A DNA stretch of 62,662 nucleotides from Gammaproteobacteria bacterium (GTDB lineage Bacteria; Pseudomonadota; Gammaproteobacteria; PS1; Pseudothioglobaceae): assembly GCA_029941485.1 (NCBI GenBank), contig JAPYOZ010000001.1, positions 1 through 62,662 of the forward strand, read 5' to 3'. The notes beneath the pieces are model-generated. The model searched no databases, was not told where the DNA came from, and saw only the letters and a list, made by a program, of their open reading frames with translations. The stretch's first letter is position 1. Every line of letters begins with the position of its first letter. The position numbers and the translations under genes were made by a program. Positions 50,208 through 60,697 of this stretch are shown here, piece by piece.

Positions 50208-51236
50208 AAGTTTTAAAGCATCTTGAATTGGTTTTAAAACGTGCACTAATTTTTTACGAATGGCAGAACCCGCAAGGTTGTGTGCAGAAATTGTACTAAC
50301 CACTAATTTCTCGCTAACGCCAGCAAGCAATAGTCTAGCTTTAATTTGCTCGTCATCAGCACGGCCTAATTTTTCTGACACATTTTGAGATTGTTTTTGC
50401 AATTCATCAATGTGAGAGTAGGGCTGAATCATCGGGTGTGATAGGCATTCACCCAATACGTCCAACGTGCGATACAGGACGTATTCTTGGTTAATTTTTT
50501 TGAGAATATGGGCAATGGTTTTAAGCAGTATTTGCCCTTGTTCGCTACTTACGCAGTCTAATTCTTTAATATCGAGATCAAGTGCCACAGTGCCGTCATT
50601 ATTAGGCAGGTTGTTTTTTATGCGCTCAATAAAGCCCACTAAGAATGCAGTCTTTCTTTGCCCTTGTTTCCACAGCCTTTCTTTTGCTTCGTTACTGATT
50701 AAATCCCCTTGTAAAATTAGATTGGTGGTGTCTATCAGTTGTGTTGTGTCGTCAGTAAAAGGCAAGAATTCCAGTAAATAATTAGCAATTTGTTTGCCAA
50801 CTGGGTGTTTAACCACAAAATCTCGAGTTAGTAGAAACCGTCCAATTTCTGCTTGTTGGTCCGTGTTGGTTGCGCACCACCACACCAAGTCTATCACTTC
50901 ATCATTTAAATTTTGAGAATTGGCAACGGCCACCACGGCTTCTATATTACCTATTTTTAATAGTGACACTAGATTGGAAGAACTGACTTGCCCCATTCTT
51001 GACCAGCGTTTGAGATAGGAAGGGTAACCACCCATGTTGCCCAACATTTTACCGACCAATAATTTTTGCACAGCTTGAATGTATTTATTGCTGTCGCCAC
51101 TTGGGTGAAGTGCAATGATCTGCTCTTTTTTATCTTCGGTGAGACCGACCACAACCAACTTGTAAATATCAATACGAATAGCCACCGAAGTTGAAATCAG
51201 CACATTAAGTTTGAGTGTGTCTTCAGGTGTTAGCAT
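50190..51236 (-). CDS. uncharacterised 348-aa cytoplasmic protein
   Basis: Long ORF whose start overlaps the upstream membrane-protein gene. No family confidently recognised. A vague resemblance to DsrS-type proteins is from memory and unverified. Confidence 0.65.
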   Translation of the reverse strand: MLTPEDTLKLNVLISTSVAIRIDIYKLVVVGLTEDKKEQIIALHPSGDSNKYIQAVQKLLVGKMLGNMGGYPSYLKRWSRMGQVSSSNLVSLLKIGNIEAVVAVANSQNLNDEVIDLVWWCATNTDQQAEIGRFLLTRDFVVKHPVGKQIANYLLEFLPFTDDTTQLIDTTNLILQGDLISNEAKERLWKQGQRKTAFLVGFIERIKNNLPNNDGTVALDLDIKELDCVSSEQGQILLKTIAHILKKINQEYVLYRTLDVLGECLSHPMIQPYSHIDELQKQSQNVSEKLGRADDEQIKARLLLAGVSEKLVVSTISAHNLAGSAIRKKLVHVLKPIQDALKLLIAPQ

Positions 51237-51630
51237 TAAGAAATTTGTTTAATTGAGAGAGTGAATTGTGCTCTACTGAGTCTTTAAAGACCACAATGGA
51301 TTTTTTACCAGCCGTAATTATCACTAGCAAGCTAGATTGATACGCGGGATAAAACAAAGAGTATTGTTTTATTTCTTTATTGTTTTTTTCTACGGTAAGT
51401 CGTTCATTATTCAAAGTTATCTTATTTGTGGATTCGTCTTTTGTTAAAAAAATAGATTTAGGGAAAAAACGATACGCCAAGACAAGTAGAGCGATACTTA
51501 ATAAAGCGCTTAAATAAAAATTATAAGAGTAGTGCCAAACGGTAAATAAACCCAATAAATAAACTAATAAAGATAGGATTAAATAGTATTTGGAAGGCTT
51601 AAGAGTAATGGCCAGCGTTTCATTCATCAT
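51223..51630 (-). CDS. YgfX/CptA-like two-TM inner membrane protein
   Basis: 135 aa, two N-terminal TM helices then a soluble tail ending '...VVFKDSV....LSQLNKFL'. Same length and layout as my recollection of E. coli YgfX. Confidence 0.5.
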   Translation of the reverse strand: MMNETLAITLKPSKYYLILSLLVYLLGLFTVWHYSYNFYLSALLSIALLVLAYRFFPKSIFLTKDESTNKITLNNERLTVEKNNKEIKQYSLFYPAYQSSLLVIITAGKKSIVVFKDSVEHNSLSQLNKFLNANT

Positions 51631-52450
51631 TGCCCAATTCAGAGCCTATTTCTTTAGCTCTATCAAAAGCAGCACGCATAGCATGAGCAACCATTATTTC
51701 AAAACCTTGATCTTGAAGCGATTCAATTGCTACTTGCGTAGTGCCGTTAGGTGAAGTTACTTTGGCTCTAAGTTCGTGTAGCGAATCAGCGGACTGATCA
51801 GCCATCATGCTAGCACCCAGTGCGGTTTGAATACTAAGTTTTGTTGCTGTGTCTTCATCAAGACCCAATGCAACGCCCGATTGCGCCATGGATTCCATCA
51901 TTAAAAATAAATAAGCAGGACCACTGCCCGATAGTGCAGTAACTGCGTCTAGCATGTCCTCATCATTTACCCATAAGCAACTGCCCACGGATTTAAGTAC
52001 GCTTTCTGCCAGAGATTTTTGTTCGTTACTCGTGTTGTCGTTGGCAAACAAGCCTGTAATCCCTTGGCCTAGTAATGCAGGTGTGTTTGGCATGGTGCGT
52101 ACGATTGCTTTGTTCTCTCCTAACCAACGGCCAATATCGTAAGATTTAATGCCGGCTACAATTGAAACAATTAATGAATTGGAATTTAAACTTTCTTTTA
52201 AGTCTTTACACACTAAGGACAAAACCTGAGGTTTAACTGCCAAAACAACAACATCACACTTGGCGGCAAGTGCGGCGTTATCCGTAAAAACCTCAAGGTT
52301 AAATTCTTTTTTTCGCAGGGATAATAGTTCTTTATTAGTATCACTGACTTTAATATTTTTTGTAGAAAAACCGTTATTAACTAGGCCAGAAATAAGTGCA
52401 TAAGCCATGTTTCCGGCGCCAATAAAACCAATGGTGGAAGATTTTTGCAT
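51620..52450 (-). CDS. proC: pyrroline-5-carboxylate reductase
   Basis: 'IGFIGAGNMA' NADP fold and 'SPNGTT' motif. Confidence 0.94.
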   Translation of the reverse strand: MQKSSTIGFIGAGNMAYALISGLVNNGFSTKNIKVSDTNKELLSLRKKEFNLEVFTDNAALAAKCDVVVLAVKPQVLSLVCKDLKESLNSNSLIVSIVAGIKSYDIGRWLGENKAIVRTMPNTPALLGQGITGLFANDNTSNEQKSLAESVLKSVGSCLWVNDEDMLDAVTALSGSGPAYLFLMMESMAQSGVALGLDEDTATKLSIQTALGASMMADQSADSLHELRAKVTSPNGTTQVAIESLQDQGFEIMVAHAMRAAFDRAKEIGSELGNDE

Positions 52451-52520
52451 TACAATATCTTAAGAATAATATATGATGTATTCTACCAAAATACTGCCGT
52501 CAAACAATACAAGGATAACA

Positions 52521-53189
52521 ATGAAAAAATTTAACCCAAAACTAGTCATGATTGATGTTGATGGAACACTGGTTGATAGTGTGCCAGATTTAGCTTATTG
52601 TGTTGATGAGCTCATGGTGACAATGGGCAGAGAGAAGTGGGGCGAAGCGAAAGTTCGTCATTGGGTGGGTAACGGTGTACCAAAGTTAGTAGAGCGCTCA
52701 TTAACGGGAGAGCTTGAGAGCACAGTAGATAAAGCTGATTTTGATAAAGCTTATCCTATATTTTTAGATTTATACGCCCAGAACACTTCGGGCCGTTCGT
52801 GTTTGTATGACGGCGTTTTGGAAGGACTAGAATATCTTAAAGCGCAAGGTTATACACTGGGCTGTGTGACTAATAAGGCCGAGCAGTTTACTCATCCACT
52901 GCTTAAAGATTTGGGTATTTTTAATGAGTTTGAAATTGTCATATCAGGAGACACACTGGAGAAGAAAAAACCAGATCCAATGCCTCTACTTCACGCCGCA
53001 AAACACTTTAGTGTCGCACCAAAAGAATCGTTAATGTTGGGTGATTCAATCAGTGATGTTAAGGCTTCACGTGCCGCTGGTTTTGAGATCATTTGCATGT
53101 CGTATGGTTACAATCATGGTGATGACATTCGCGATGCTAATCCTGACTTAGTGATTGATTCAATGGCTGAGTTGAAAGATTACTTATAA
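52521..53189 (+). CDS. gph: phosphoglycolate phosphatase
   Basis: HAD motifs 'MIDVDGTLVDS', 'VTNK', 'GDSISD'. I prefer the ATG at 52521. Confidence 0.85.
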   Translation: MKKFNPKLVMIDVDGTLVDSVPDLAYCVDELMVTMGREKWGEAKVRHWVGNGVPKLVERSLTGELESTVDKADFDKAYPIFLDLYAQNTSGRSCLYDGVLEGLEYLKAQGYTLGCVTNKAEQFTHPLLKDLGIFNEFEIVISGDTLEKKKPDPMPLLHAAKHFSVAPKESLMLGDSISDVKASRAAGFEIICMSYGYNHGDDIRDANPDLVIDSMAELKDYL

Positions 53190-53216
53190 GCAGTAGCATC
53201 AGTAAAATGTATTTGT

Positions 53217-54455
53217 ATGGATACATTCGATCATCAACATATTTGGCATCCGTACGCCAAAGTCCCCAATGACATCCCTACTCATTTAGTTGAATCCGCG
53301 GATGGTGTTTATTTAAACCTAGAAAGTGGTAAGCGAGTGATTGATGGCATGAGCTCGTGGTGGAGCACTATTCATGGCTACAACCACCCAGTACTTAATA
53401 AAGCAATTCAAACTCAATTGGGAAAAATGTCACACGTCATGTTTGGTGGTCTCACCCATAAGCCCGCGATTGATTTGGCCAAAACTTTAATAGAGATTAC
53501 ACCAGAGAATTTGACCAAAGTATTTTTTACCGATTCAGGGTCGGTGTCGGTAGAGGTGGCATTGAAAATGGCACTGCAGTACTGGGCGAACAAGGATCAA
53601 TCGACTAAGCATAAATTTATTACCATTCGTGGTGGTTACCATGGTGATACGTTTGGCGCCATGAGCGTGTGTGATCCCGATAATGGTATGCATCATTTAT
53701 TTTCAGGCGTATTGCCACAACATTTTTTTGTCAAAAGCCCATCAATGGCGCCAATGGATGAAGCCTTAGATGATCTAGAGTCAACCCTCAAACAGAATTC
53801 TGATTCAATTGCAGCGATGATTCTAGAGCCCGTAGTGCAAGGGGCAGGTGGCATGCGATTTTATAATCCACAATACCTCACCAAGGCCAAATCTTTGTGT
53901 GAAACCTACAAGGTGCTATTTATTCTGGATGAAATTGCCACTGGTTTTGGACGTACAGGTGAGCTCTTTGCACTCGAATACGTGGACGTTGAGCCTGATA
54001 TTTTATGCTTGGGTAAAGCACTTACTGGCGGCTACATGACGCTTTCTGCCACTCTCACAACGGATGAAATTACTACTACTGTGGGCACGTTGATGCACGG
54101 CCCAACTTTTATGGCCAATCCGCTGGCGTGCAGTGTGGCAAATGCCAGCATCGAACTACTGCTTAATTCAGATTGGCAAGACGATGTTGCGCGTATTGAA
54201 CAACACTTCCATACTGAGTTGGCACCACTCAAACAAAACAACAAAGTAGCCGATGTACGAATATTAGGTGCAATTGCTATTATTGAAATGCAAGAGGAGA
54301 TTGGAGTAGAATGGATTCAGAAGCGCTTGATTGAGTTGGGTGTCTGGCTAAGGCCGTATGGAAAATTACTCTACACTATGCCACCTTTCATCATTGCAGA
54401 TGACGAGTTAGTGACGCTTACCAAGGCAATTAAAACCGTTGTGGGGGAGATATGA
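53217..54455 (+). CDS. bioA: adenosylmethionine-8-amino-7-oxononanoate aminotransferase
   Basis: Class III aminotransferase with a BioA-like N-terminus 'HIWHPY' and 'DEIATGFGRTG'. Confidence 0.92.
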   Translation: MDTFDHQHIWHPYAKVPNDIPTHLVESADGVYLNLESGKRVIDGMSSWWSTIHGYNHPVLNKAIQTQLGKMSHVMFGGLTHKPAIDLAKTLIEITPENLTKVFFTDSGSVSVEVALKMALQYWANKDQSTKHKFITIRGGYHGDTFGAMSVCDPDNGMHHLFSGVLPQHFFVKSPSMAPMDEALDDLESTLKQNSDSIAAMILEPVVQGAGGMRFYNPQYLTKAKSLCETYKVLFILDEIATGFGRTGELFALEYVDVEPDILCLGKALTGGYMTLSATLTTDEITTTVGTLMHGPTFMANPLACSVANASIELLLNSDWQDDVARIEQHFHTELAPLKQNNKVADVRILGAIAIIEMQEEIGVEWIQKRLIELGVWLRPYGKLLYTMPPFIIADDELVTLTKAIKTVVGEI

Positions 54456-55390
54456 AAATATTAACTTTATTACTAACACTGCTGGTCTTCTCAGTCCAAG
54501 CAGAAGAATACGAAGCCGTTAGTGTCGAGGTCAAGGCGCAAAAATTAATTGGTGATGCTTATTATGTGCCCGGTATGTCGGGCGCAGCCACTGAGTTTGA
54601 GGGCTTTATTTCGAATGCTGGTTTTGTGGTAACGACTGAAGGCGTGGTGGTGTTTGATGCGCTCGGCACACCTTCATTGGCGAATGCCATGCTTGGTGAA
54701 ATCCGAAAAGTAACCGATCAGCCAATTAAGCTTGTGATTGTGAGTCATTATCATGCCGATCATATTTATGGATTGCAGGTATTTAAAAATGAAGGCGCAC
54801 AAATTTGGGCACCCAAAGGCACTTGGGATTATCTGGATTCTGAAACTGCAGAAACTTTATTGGACTCAAGGCGTAATGCATTGTTCCCTTGGGTTAACGA
54901 TGAAACCCATTTGGTTGAACCCGATCGAATTATTGATAAAGACACCGAATTTAGCCTGGGTGAACACAGGTTTCTAATTAGTTATTTTGGCAAAGTACAC
55001 TCTGATGGCGATATGTCGCTACTGAGTGCGACTGATCAAACACTTTATAGTGGTGATATTATTTTTGAAGGACGCATTCCATTTGTGGGCGATGCTGATA
55101 TTATTAAATGGGCCAAAACACTAGACCGTGTACGCAATATGCAAGTCGAATATTTTGTACCGGGCCATGGTAGTGCTTCTAATCAACCTAAACAAACCAT
55201 GGATTTGACTTATCGTTATTTGAATTTCTTGTTAGACAAACTTGGAAAAGCCGTCGAAGAAATGGATCAGTTTGAAGAAACTTACGATACCATCGACTGG
55301 TCAGAGTTCGAGAATCAACCGGCTTTTGATGCGGCCAATCGTAAAAATGCTTACGCGGTTTATCTTTATTTAGAAAGGGTATTAGATTAA
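54452..55390 (+). CDS. secreted MBL-fold metallo-hydrolase
   Basis: Signal peptide and an HYHADH (HxHxDH) motif. Paralogous in layout to 35909-36865. Confidence 0.8.
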   Translation: MKILTLLLTLLVFSVQAEEYEAVSVEVKAQKLIGDAYYVPGMSGAATEFEGFISNAGFVVTTEGVVVFDALGTPSLANAMLGEIRKVTDQPIKLVIVSHYHADHIYGLQVFKNEGAQIWAPKGTWDYLDSETAETLLDSRRNALFPWVNDETHLVEPDRIIDKDTEFSLGEHRFLISYFGKVHSDGDMSLLSATDQTLYSGDIIFEGRIPFVGDADIIKWAKTLDRVRNMQVEYFVPGHGSASNQPKQTMDLTYRYLNFLLDKLGKAVEEMDQFEETYDTIDWSEFENQPAFDAANRKNAYAVYLYLERVLD

Positions 55391-57382
55391 CTAATCGATA
55401 GGGTCAACGTCTAAATACCACCTGACTTTATTTTTTAATTTCAGTGTATCGATGTGTTGATGGAAAGTTGCTAGCATTTGATGTAATGCTATTCTGTTAC
55501 TGGATTGTAAATACAAACTGAAATAGTAGTAATCAGATTTTTTTTCAATAACATTCGCCACTGGTCCCCACGTTTCTACCGAGTCAATTTGTATATTTTT
55601 GAATAGAATGTTTGCTTCGCGCAAGAAGTCTTCAGCGTTTTGCTTGTTTTTGGCGTTTGCACATAAAAGTGCTTGGTGAGAAAACGGGGGCATCATTGCA
55701 CTGCGACGCTGTTTTAATAATTCATTGGCAAATTGTACGTAGCGTGCTGACAATACGTAACTAAAAATTGGGTGATCAGGGTAGCGAGTTTGAATCACTA
55801 CTTCGCCCCGCTCTGTACTTCTACCGGCTCGACCGGAGACTTGAATCAGTAGTTGAGCCAAGTGTTCCGTTGCACGAAAATCAAGCGAGAGCAAGCCTGC
55901 ATCCGTATCCAAAACCCCAACCATGGATAGATTAGAAAAATCATGCCCTTTGGCAAGCATTTGCGTACCCACGATAATACAAGGTTCGCCAGAGTTGATT
56001 TGTTTTAGATGCTCAGTAAATGCTTTTTTGCGTCGTGTGGTGTCACGATCAATGCGAATAATAGGCGTATCTGCAAAGTATGACGACAGTGTTTCTTCCA
56101 GTCTTTCTGTGCCGTAACCAAGCACTTCAAGGCTAGGCTGTTTGCAATCTGGGCAAACGTGTTCTGGCATTTTCTCATCACCGCAATGATGGCACTTGAG
56201 TCGGTGAATGTGTCGATGGTAGATCATTCCTGAATCACAATGAGTGCATTGTGCTTTCCAACCGCATTCTTTACAGTAATACACAGGGGCGTAACCACGA
56301 CGGTTAATAAACAACATTACTTGCTTGCCTTTGGCTAAGTGTTGGTGCATTTTTTCAATTAAAACTGCTGACAATGCACTATTACTCTTTTCAGTACCCC
56401 CTTGAGGGGTGAAATTAGGGCGCATGTCAATTAAGCTTACTTCCGGCAGAGTGGCTTCACCGGCGCGTTTGGTCAATGTAATATGAATGAGTTTTTTATC
56501 AATTACATTTTTAAGCGTTTCTAGTGATGGCGTTGCTGTGCCTAGTACTAGGGGAATGTTGGCTTGTTTAGCACGAATAAAGCTAAGGTCTCTAGCGGAA
56601 TAACGAAAGCTGGATTGTTGCTTAAACGAACCGTCATGTTCTTCATCAATAATAATCAGACCCAAGTTTGGCATTGGAGCGAAGATTGCACTGCGAGTGC
56701 CTAACACAACCCCAGCCTCACCATTTTTAGCCATTAGGTAGGCATCTAATTTTTGAGTTTCATTCAATTGCGAATGAATCGCCACCACACGAGTCTTAAG
56801 CCGTGATTCAAATCTTGTAATCATCTGTGGGGTGAGACCAATTTCTGGCACCAAAACCAGTACTTGCTTATTCTCATCAAGCATTGCTTGGGTAATGTGT
56901 AAATAAACTTCAGTTTTTCCACTGCCGGTAATGCCATGAAGTAAGAATCCATGATATTCATTGACCGATTTTAAGACTTGATTAATGGCAATGTCTTGTT
57001 CTTCAGTGATATTAAAATTAGGTTTTTTGGTTTTATTTGATAATTCAATCGCCTTTTTAATAACAGCTTCTTTTCCTATGCGTAAGTTTTTTGGTAGAGC
57101 AGCCGAAATCACCTCGCCAATTGGGTAATGATAATATTTGGCTGACCAAAACAAGAAATCTAGAATGGGCTTATCCAAGATGGGTTTATCATCCAGTACT
57201 TTTTCAACCGATTTAAGTTGTTTGAAATCGCTTTTGTCTTTAATCATTAATACAATGCCAACGACTTTTTTTCGTGCGAATGGAACTTTCACGCGAGCAC
57301 CAATCATTACTTGATCATTGCATTGATAATCAAAAGTTTTATGCAGTGGTACCGGAATGGCAACTTCAATGATTGATGACAA
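55391..57382 (-). CDS. priA: primosomal replication protein N' (PriA helicase)
   Basis: 'VAIPVPLHKTFDY' N-terminus, Walker A 'GITGSGKTE', DEEH box, Cys-rich zinc region 'CKECGW..CTHC...CHHCG...CPDC'. Confidence 0.95.
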   Translation of the reverse strand: MSSIIEVAIPVPLHKTFDYQCNDQVMIGARVKVPFARKKVVGIVLMIKDKSDFKQLKSVEKVLDDKPILDKPILDFLFWSAKYYHYPIGEVISAALPKNLRIGKEAVIKKAIELSNKTKKPNFNITEEQDIAINQVLKSVNEYHGFLLHGITGSGKTEVYLHITQAMLDENKQVLVLVPEIGLTPQMITRFESRLKTRVVAIHSQLNETQKLDAYLMAKNGEAGVVLGTRSAIFAPMPNLGLIIIDEEHDGSFKQQSSFRYSARDLSFIRAKQANIPLVLGTATPSLETLKNVIDKKLIHITLTKRAGEATLPEVSLIDMRPNFTPQGGTEKSNSALSAVLIEKMHQHLAKGKQVMLFINRRGYAPVYYCKECGWKAQCTHCDSGMIYHRHIHRLKCHHCGDEKMPEHVCPDCKQPSLEVLGYGTERLEETLSSYFADTPIIRIDRDTTRRKKAFTEHLKQINSGEPCIIVGTQMLAKGHDFSNLSMVGVLDTDAGLLSLDFRATEHLAQLLIQVSGRAGRSTERGEVVIQTRYPDHPIFSYVLSARYVQFANELLKQRRSAMMPPFSHQALLCANAKNKQNAEDFLREANILFKNIQIDSVETWGPVANVIEKKSDYYYFSLYLQSSNRIALHQMLATFHQHIDTLKLKNKVRWYLDVDPID
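56385..56411 (-). repeat. 27-nt GC-rich hairpin-forming repeat, copy 2 (in-frame within priA, encodes TPQGGTEKS)
   Basis: CTCTTTTCAGTACCCCCTTGAGGGGTG, 26/27 identical to 30965-30991. Confidence 0.9.
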
Positions 57383-57434
57383 AATTAAACGTTTATTCGA
57401 TAAAATAAATCATTTTATTCTTAAAATCCAAACA

Positions 57435-57875
57435 ATGGTTGTTATTCAAAATAGTATTAATGACTCGTCCATTAATGAGGCAAACCTAGTCGATACTTTG
57501 CAACGGGTGATTGATGATCTAGGTAAGGGAGAGAGTGAATTGCTCATCCGTATCGTTGATAAAGACGAGATTCAAGAGTTGAATAAGACTTATCGCCATC
57601 AAGACAAACCCACTAACGTTTTATCGTTCGAAAGTGATTTTCCTATTGAGATTGATGAAGCGACTTTAGGTGACGTGGTGATTTGTAGCGAAGTTGTGTC
57701 AACGGAAGCCAAAGAGCAGAATAAAATTTTTGACGATCATTTGATGCACATGGCTGTTCACGGTATTTTGCATTTATTAGGCTATGACCATGTTGATTCG
57801 GCTGATGCTAAAAAAATGGAAAGCTTAGAGATAAAAATTTTGGAAAAAATCAAAATCGCTAATCCTTACCAATAA
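57435..57875 (+). CDS. ybeY: rRNA maturation RNase YbeY
   Basis: 'DKPTNVLSF' and 'HGILHLLGYDH' zinc motif. I prefer the ATG at 57435 because the upstream extension would overlap priA. Confidence 0.92.
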   Translation: MVVIQNSINDSSINEANLVDTLQRVIDDLGKGESELLIRIVDKDEIQELNKTYRHQDKPTNVLSFESDFPIEIDEATLGDVVICSEVVSTEAKEQNKIFDDHLMHMAVHGILHLLGYDHVDSADAKKMESLEIKILEKIKIANPYQ

Positions 57876-57877
57876 TT

Positions 57878-57910
57878 AAAAAAGTACGAGGTTCAACCTC
57901 ATACTTTTTT
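57878..57910. terminator. bidirectional intrinsic terminator between ybeY and tilS
   Basis: A6-GTACGAGGT-TCA-ACCTCATAC-T6 (one mismatch). Confidence 0.7.
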
Positions 57911-57912
57911 AA

Positions 57913-59088
57913 TTACTCTACATGCTCCATACGTCCCAATCGCTCCATGGCACGTAACTCATCTTTAATATAGTACATTTTGAGTGAATTTCTCTCCCAC
58001 GGCGGTATGTTGGCGTCTTGCAACACTTTTTTGAGTGATTGCGAGTGCTTTTTACCCGGTAATTTAATACGCTGCCCTTCGGTTCGATAACGAATGGAAA
58101 AATTTGGCAAATTTTCAAATTCCGCATGAAATGGGCAATAACTGCGATTTTCTTCTACTTGGTTGTCAACAAAATACAATTCGTTTTGATAACGGCGAAC
58201 TTCAAACTGCCCCCAGCTAACCAAAGGTTTTGCATCGACTTTGGCGGATAATAAATCAAGAATTTGCGTCATGACTTTGTCAGAAGGTGGCAAAAATGCC
58301 AAAGTGGTTAAATGATGTCGAATAATATTCTTAACTCTGTGTGTTTCGAGCTTGATTAGCTCAAGGGTGTTGATGCGACCACCCTCATTAATAATGTTAT
58401 TTTTTTTAATGTCAATGTCGGCCAGTTCACGAGTGAGTTTTAAGGCTTCTGATTGGTGTTTTGCACTTCTAAACAGGGTTTTTGTTAGATTTTTATAGAC
58501 CGTTTCAAGTTTTGGCATGATTTCTAAACGCAAGAAATTTCGCCTAAAATTAGTATTTTTGTTACTGTCATCCTCTATCCATCGTAATTTATGCTTTTTT
58601 GCATAATCAATGATTTGCGCTTTATCCAAATTTAGCATTGGGCGATAATGGGTACCTTTACCTAAGATTTTTTCTTTAGGCATGGAAGCCAATCCTGCAA
58701 TTCCACTGCCACGGAACAGTTGCAATAATAAAGTTTCCGCTTGATCGTTTTGATGATGTGCTGTGCACAGTACTTCGTTTTCTTTTAAATTACAAGATAA
58801 TGAGTGATAGCGTTTTTTACGTGCATTTTCTTCAATATTAGAGTTATTTTCGATGAATATATCAATATTTGAATAGTGAATATTTAAGGATTGGCACAAA
58901 TTTTTGCAAAATTCACCCCATTCCGAGCAGTGCTTAGACAGATGGTGGTTGCAATGGACTGCTCTTAGATTATTTGGGTAGTGAGTGTGGAGATAGTGCA
59001 GAAGTACAACCGAATCAATGCCACCACTTAAACCAAGAACAATTTGTTTGTTCTTGAAGTAGGAATCTTTAGTCTTTAAATTTTCCAA
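57913..59088 (-). CDS. tilS: tRNA(Ile)-lysidine synthase
   Basis: PP-loop 'GLSGGIDS'. TilS-like C-terminal domain. Confidence 0.9.
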   Translation of the reverse strand: MENLKTKDSYFKNKQIVLGLSGGIDSVVLLHYLHTHYPNNLRAVHCNHHLSKHCSEWGEFCKNLCQSLNIHYSNIDIFIENNSNIEENARKKRYHSLSCNLKENEVLCTAHHQNDQAETLLLQLFRGSGIAGLASMPKEKILGKGTHYRPMLNLDKAQIIDYAKKHKLRWIEDDSNKNTNFRRNFLRLEIMPKLETVYKNLTKTLFRSAKHQSEALKLTRELADIDIKKNNIINEGGRINTLELIKLETHRVKNIIRHHLTTLAFLPPSDKVMTQILDLLSAKVDAKPLVSWGQFEVRRYQNELYFVDNQVEENRSYCPFHAEFENLPNFSIRYRTEGQRIKLPGKKHSQSLKKVLQDANIPPWERNSLKMYYIKDELRAMERLGRMEHVE

Positions 59089-60019
59089 AGCTTAGGAGTT
59101 TATCGGCTCGAGCTTGGACTAGCTGATCAATAGGCGTTTTGACGATTGAATTCAATTGTTTTTTAAGCGCATCTCTGAGTAAAGTTTGCGCCTCATCTGG
59201 ATTACGGTGAATGCCACCCAACGGCTCAGGGATGATTTCATCGATTAATTTTTCTTTCTTAAGGTGTTGACTGGTGAGTTTAAGAGATTCCGCTGCAACG
59301 TTGGCTTTAGCGGCATCCTTGTACAAAATAGAGGCACAACCTTCTGGCGAGATTACTGAATAAATACTGTATTCAAACATCATCATGATATCTGCCACAC
59401 CAATGGCCAGTGCACCGCCTGACCCACCTTCGCCAATCACCACGGAAATAATAGGCGTGGCAAGTGTTGACATCTCAAATAAATTTCTGGCAATGGCTTC
59501 AGATTGTCCGCGCTCTTCAGCACCGATACCAGGGTAAGCACCTGGTGTGTCAATAAAAGTGATGATTGGCATTGAAAATTTTTCAGCCGTTTTCATCAAA
59601 CGCAGTGCTTTTCGATAGCCTTCTGGACGTGGCATGCCAAAGTTGTATTTGAGTTTATCTTTAGTTGATCTGCCTTTTTGCTGACCAATGAACATCAGTG
59701 GCTGTCCATCTAGTTTGGCAATACCACCGATAATAGCATGATCATCACCATACGCACGATCGCCATGCAGTTCCGTGAATTCATCAAACACATTATCAAT
59801 GTAGTCGAGTGTGTAAAGTCTTTTTGGATGACGAGCTAATTGTGAGATCTGCCAGTCGCTCAAAGATGAAAATATTTTTTTAGTCAGTGCGCTGCTTTTA
59901 GTTTTAAGCGCTTCCATTTCCTGAACAATGTCCACCTTGTTTTTAATGTTACAAAGCGCTTCGATTTTCTCCTCTAAGTCGGCAATGGGCTGTTCAAAAT
60001 CAAGGTAATCTAAATTCAT
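59069..60019 (-). CDS. accA: acetyl-CoA carboxylase carboxyltransferase alpha subunit
   Basis: AccA throughout ('[10 protein letters not shown]', '[10 protein letters not shown]'). Confidence 0.96.
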   Translation of the reverse strand: MNLDYLDFEQPIADLEEKIEALCNIKNKVDIVQEMEALKTKSSALTKKIFSSLSDWQISQLARHPKRLYTLDYIDNVFDEFTELHGDRAYGDDHAIIGGIAKLDGQPLMFIGQQKGRSTKDKLKYNFGMPRPEGYRKALRLMKTAEKFSMPIITFIDTPGAYPGIGAEERGQSEAIARNLFEMSTLATPIISVVIGEGGSGGALAIGVADIMMMFEYSIYSVISPEGCASILYKDAAKANVAAESLKLTSQHLKKEKLIDEIIPEPLGGIHRNPDEAQTLLRDALKKQLNSIVKTPIDQLVQARADKLLSFGKFKD

Positions 60020-60074
60020 ATCAGGTTAAAATTCGTGTTAGTAATGTTTTCAAATTATAGCAGATGATACAACC

Positions 60075-60683
60075 GTGGATTTAATAACACTTCTGTCCTT
60101 AACCTTTGCAACATTTATTTACGCCATTTCACCCGGTCCTGGGTTATTTGCAGTACTAGCAACGTCTACTCGTTATGGCGCAATTCCTGCTTTGTGGCTT
60201 TCAGTCGGACACGTTGTTGGGGATATTTTGTACGTATCAGTAGCCATGTTTGCACTGAGTATTTTGGCTCAAGTAATTTCCGAAAGTATGGTGTACGTGA
60301 AGTTTTTTGGTGCTAGTTATTTGCTCTTTATTGGGTTCCAACAGTATCGGTCTAAGGGGGTTAGTTTTGAGCCAGACAGTGGTCGAAAATCAGTCATCAG
60401 GCTGTTGCTGTCTGGTTTTGTGGTAGGCGGAACCAATCCTAAGACCATTATTTACTATTTGTCTTTTTTACCAATTTTTATTGACCTTAGTAATCTTACC
60501 TTGGTCACTGAAGTTCAAGTGATTGCAGTGGTCGGTATTACTGTGCTTTTTGTACTGAGCTTAGCCAACGTATTGGGCCTTAAGTTACGTAAACACATTG
60601 AAAACCCGGCAGTGATTAAGAAAGTCAATGAGGTAACTGGAATTACCATGATGCTGGTTGGTGTTTTTGTAGCGTTGTATTAA
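60075..60683 (+). CDS. LysE/RhtB-family amino-acid exporter
   Basis: Six-TM 202-aa protein with 'SPGPG' and 'TNPK' motifs. GTG start. Confidence 0.8.
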   Translation: MDLITLLSLTFATFIYAISPGPGLFAVLATSTRYGAIPALWLSVGHVVGDILYVSVAMFALSILAQVISESMVYVKFFGASYLLFIGFQQYRSKGVSFEPDSGRKSVIRLLLSGFVVGGTNPKTIIYYLSFLPIFIDLSNLTLVTEVQVIAVVGITVLFVLSLANVLGLKLRKHIENPAVIKKVNEVTGITMMLVGVFVALY

Positions 60684-60697
60684 GGTAATATTAGGAA

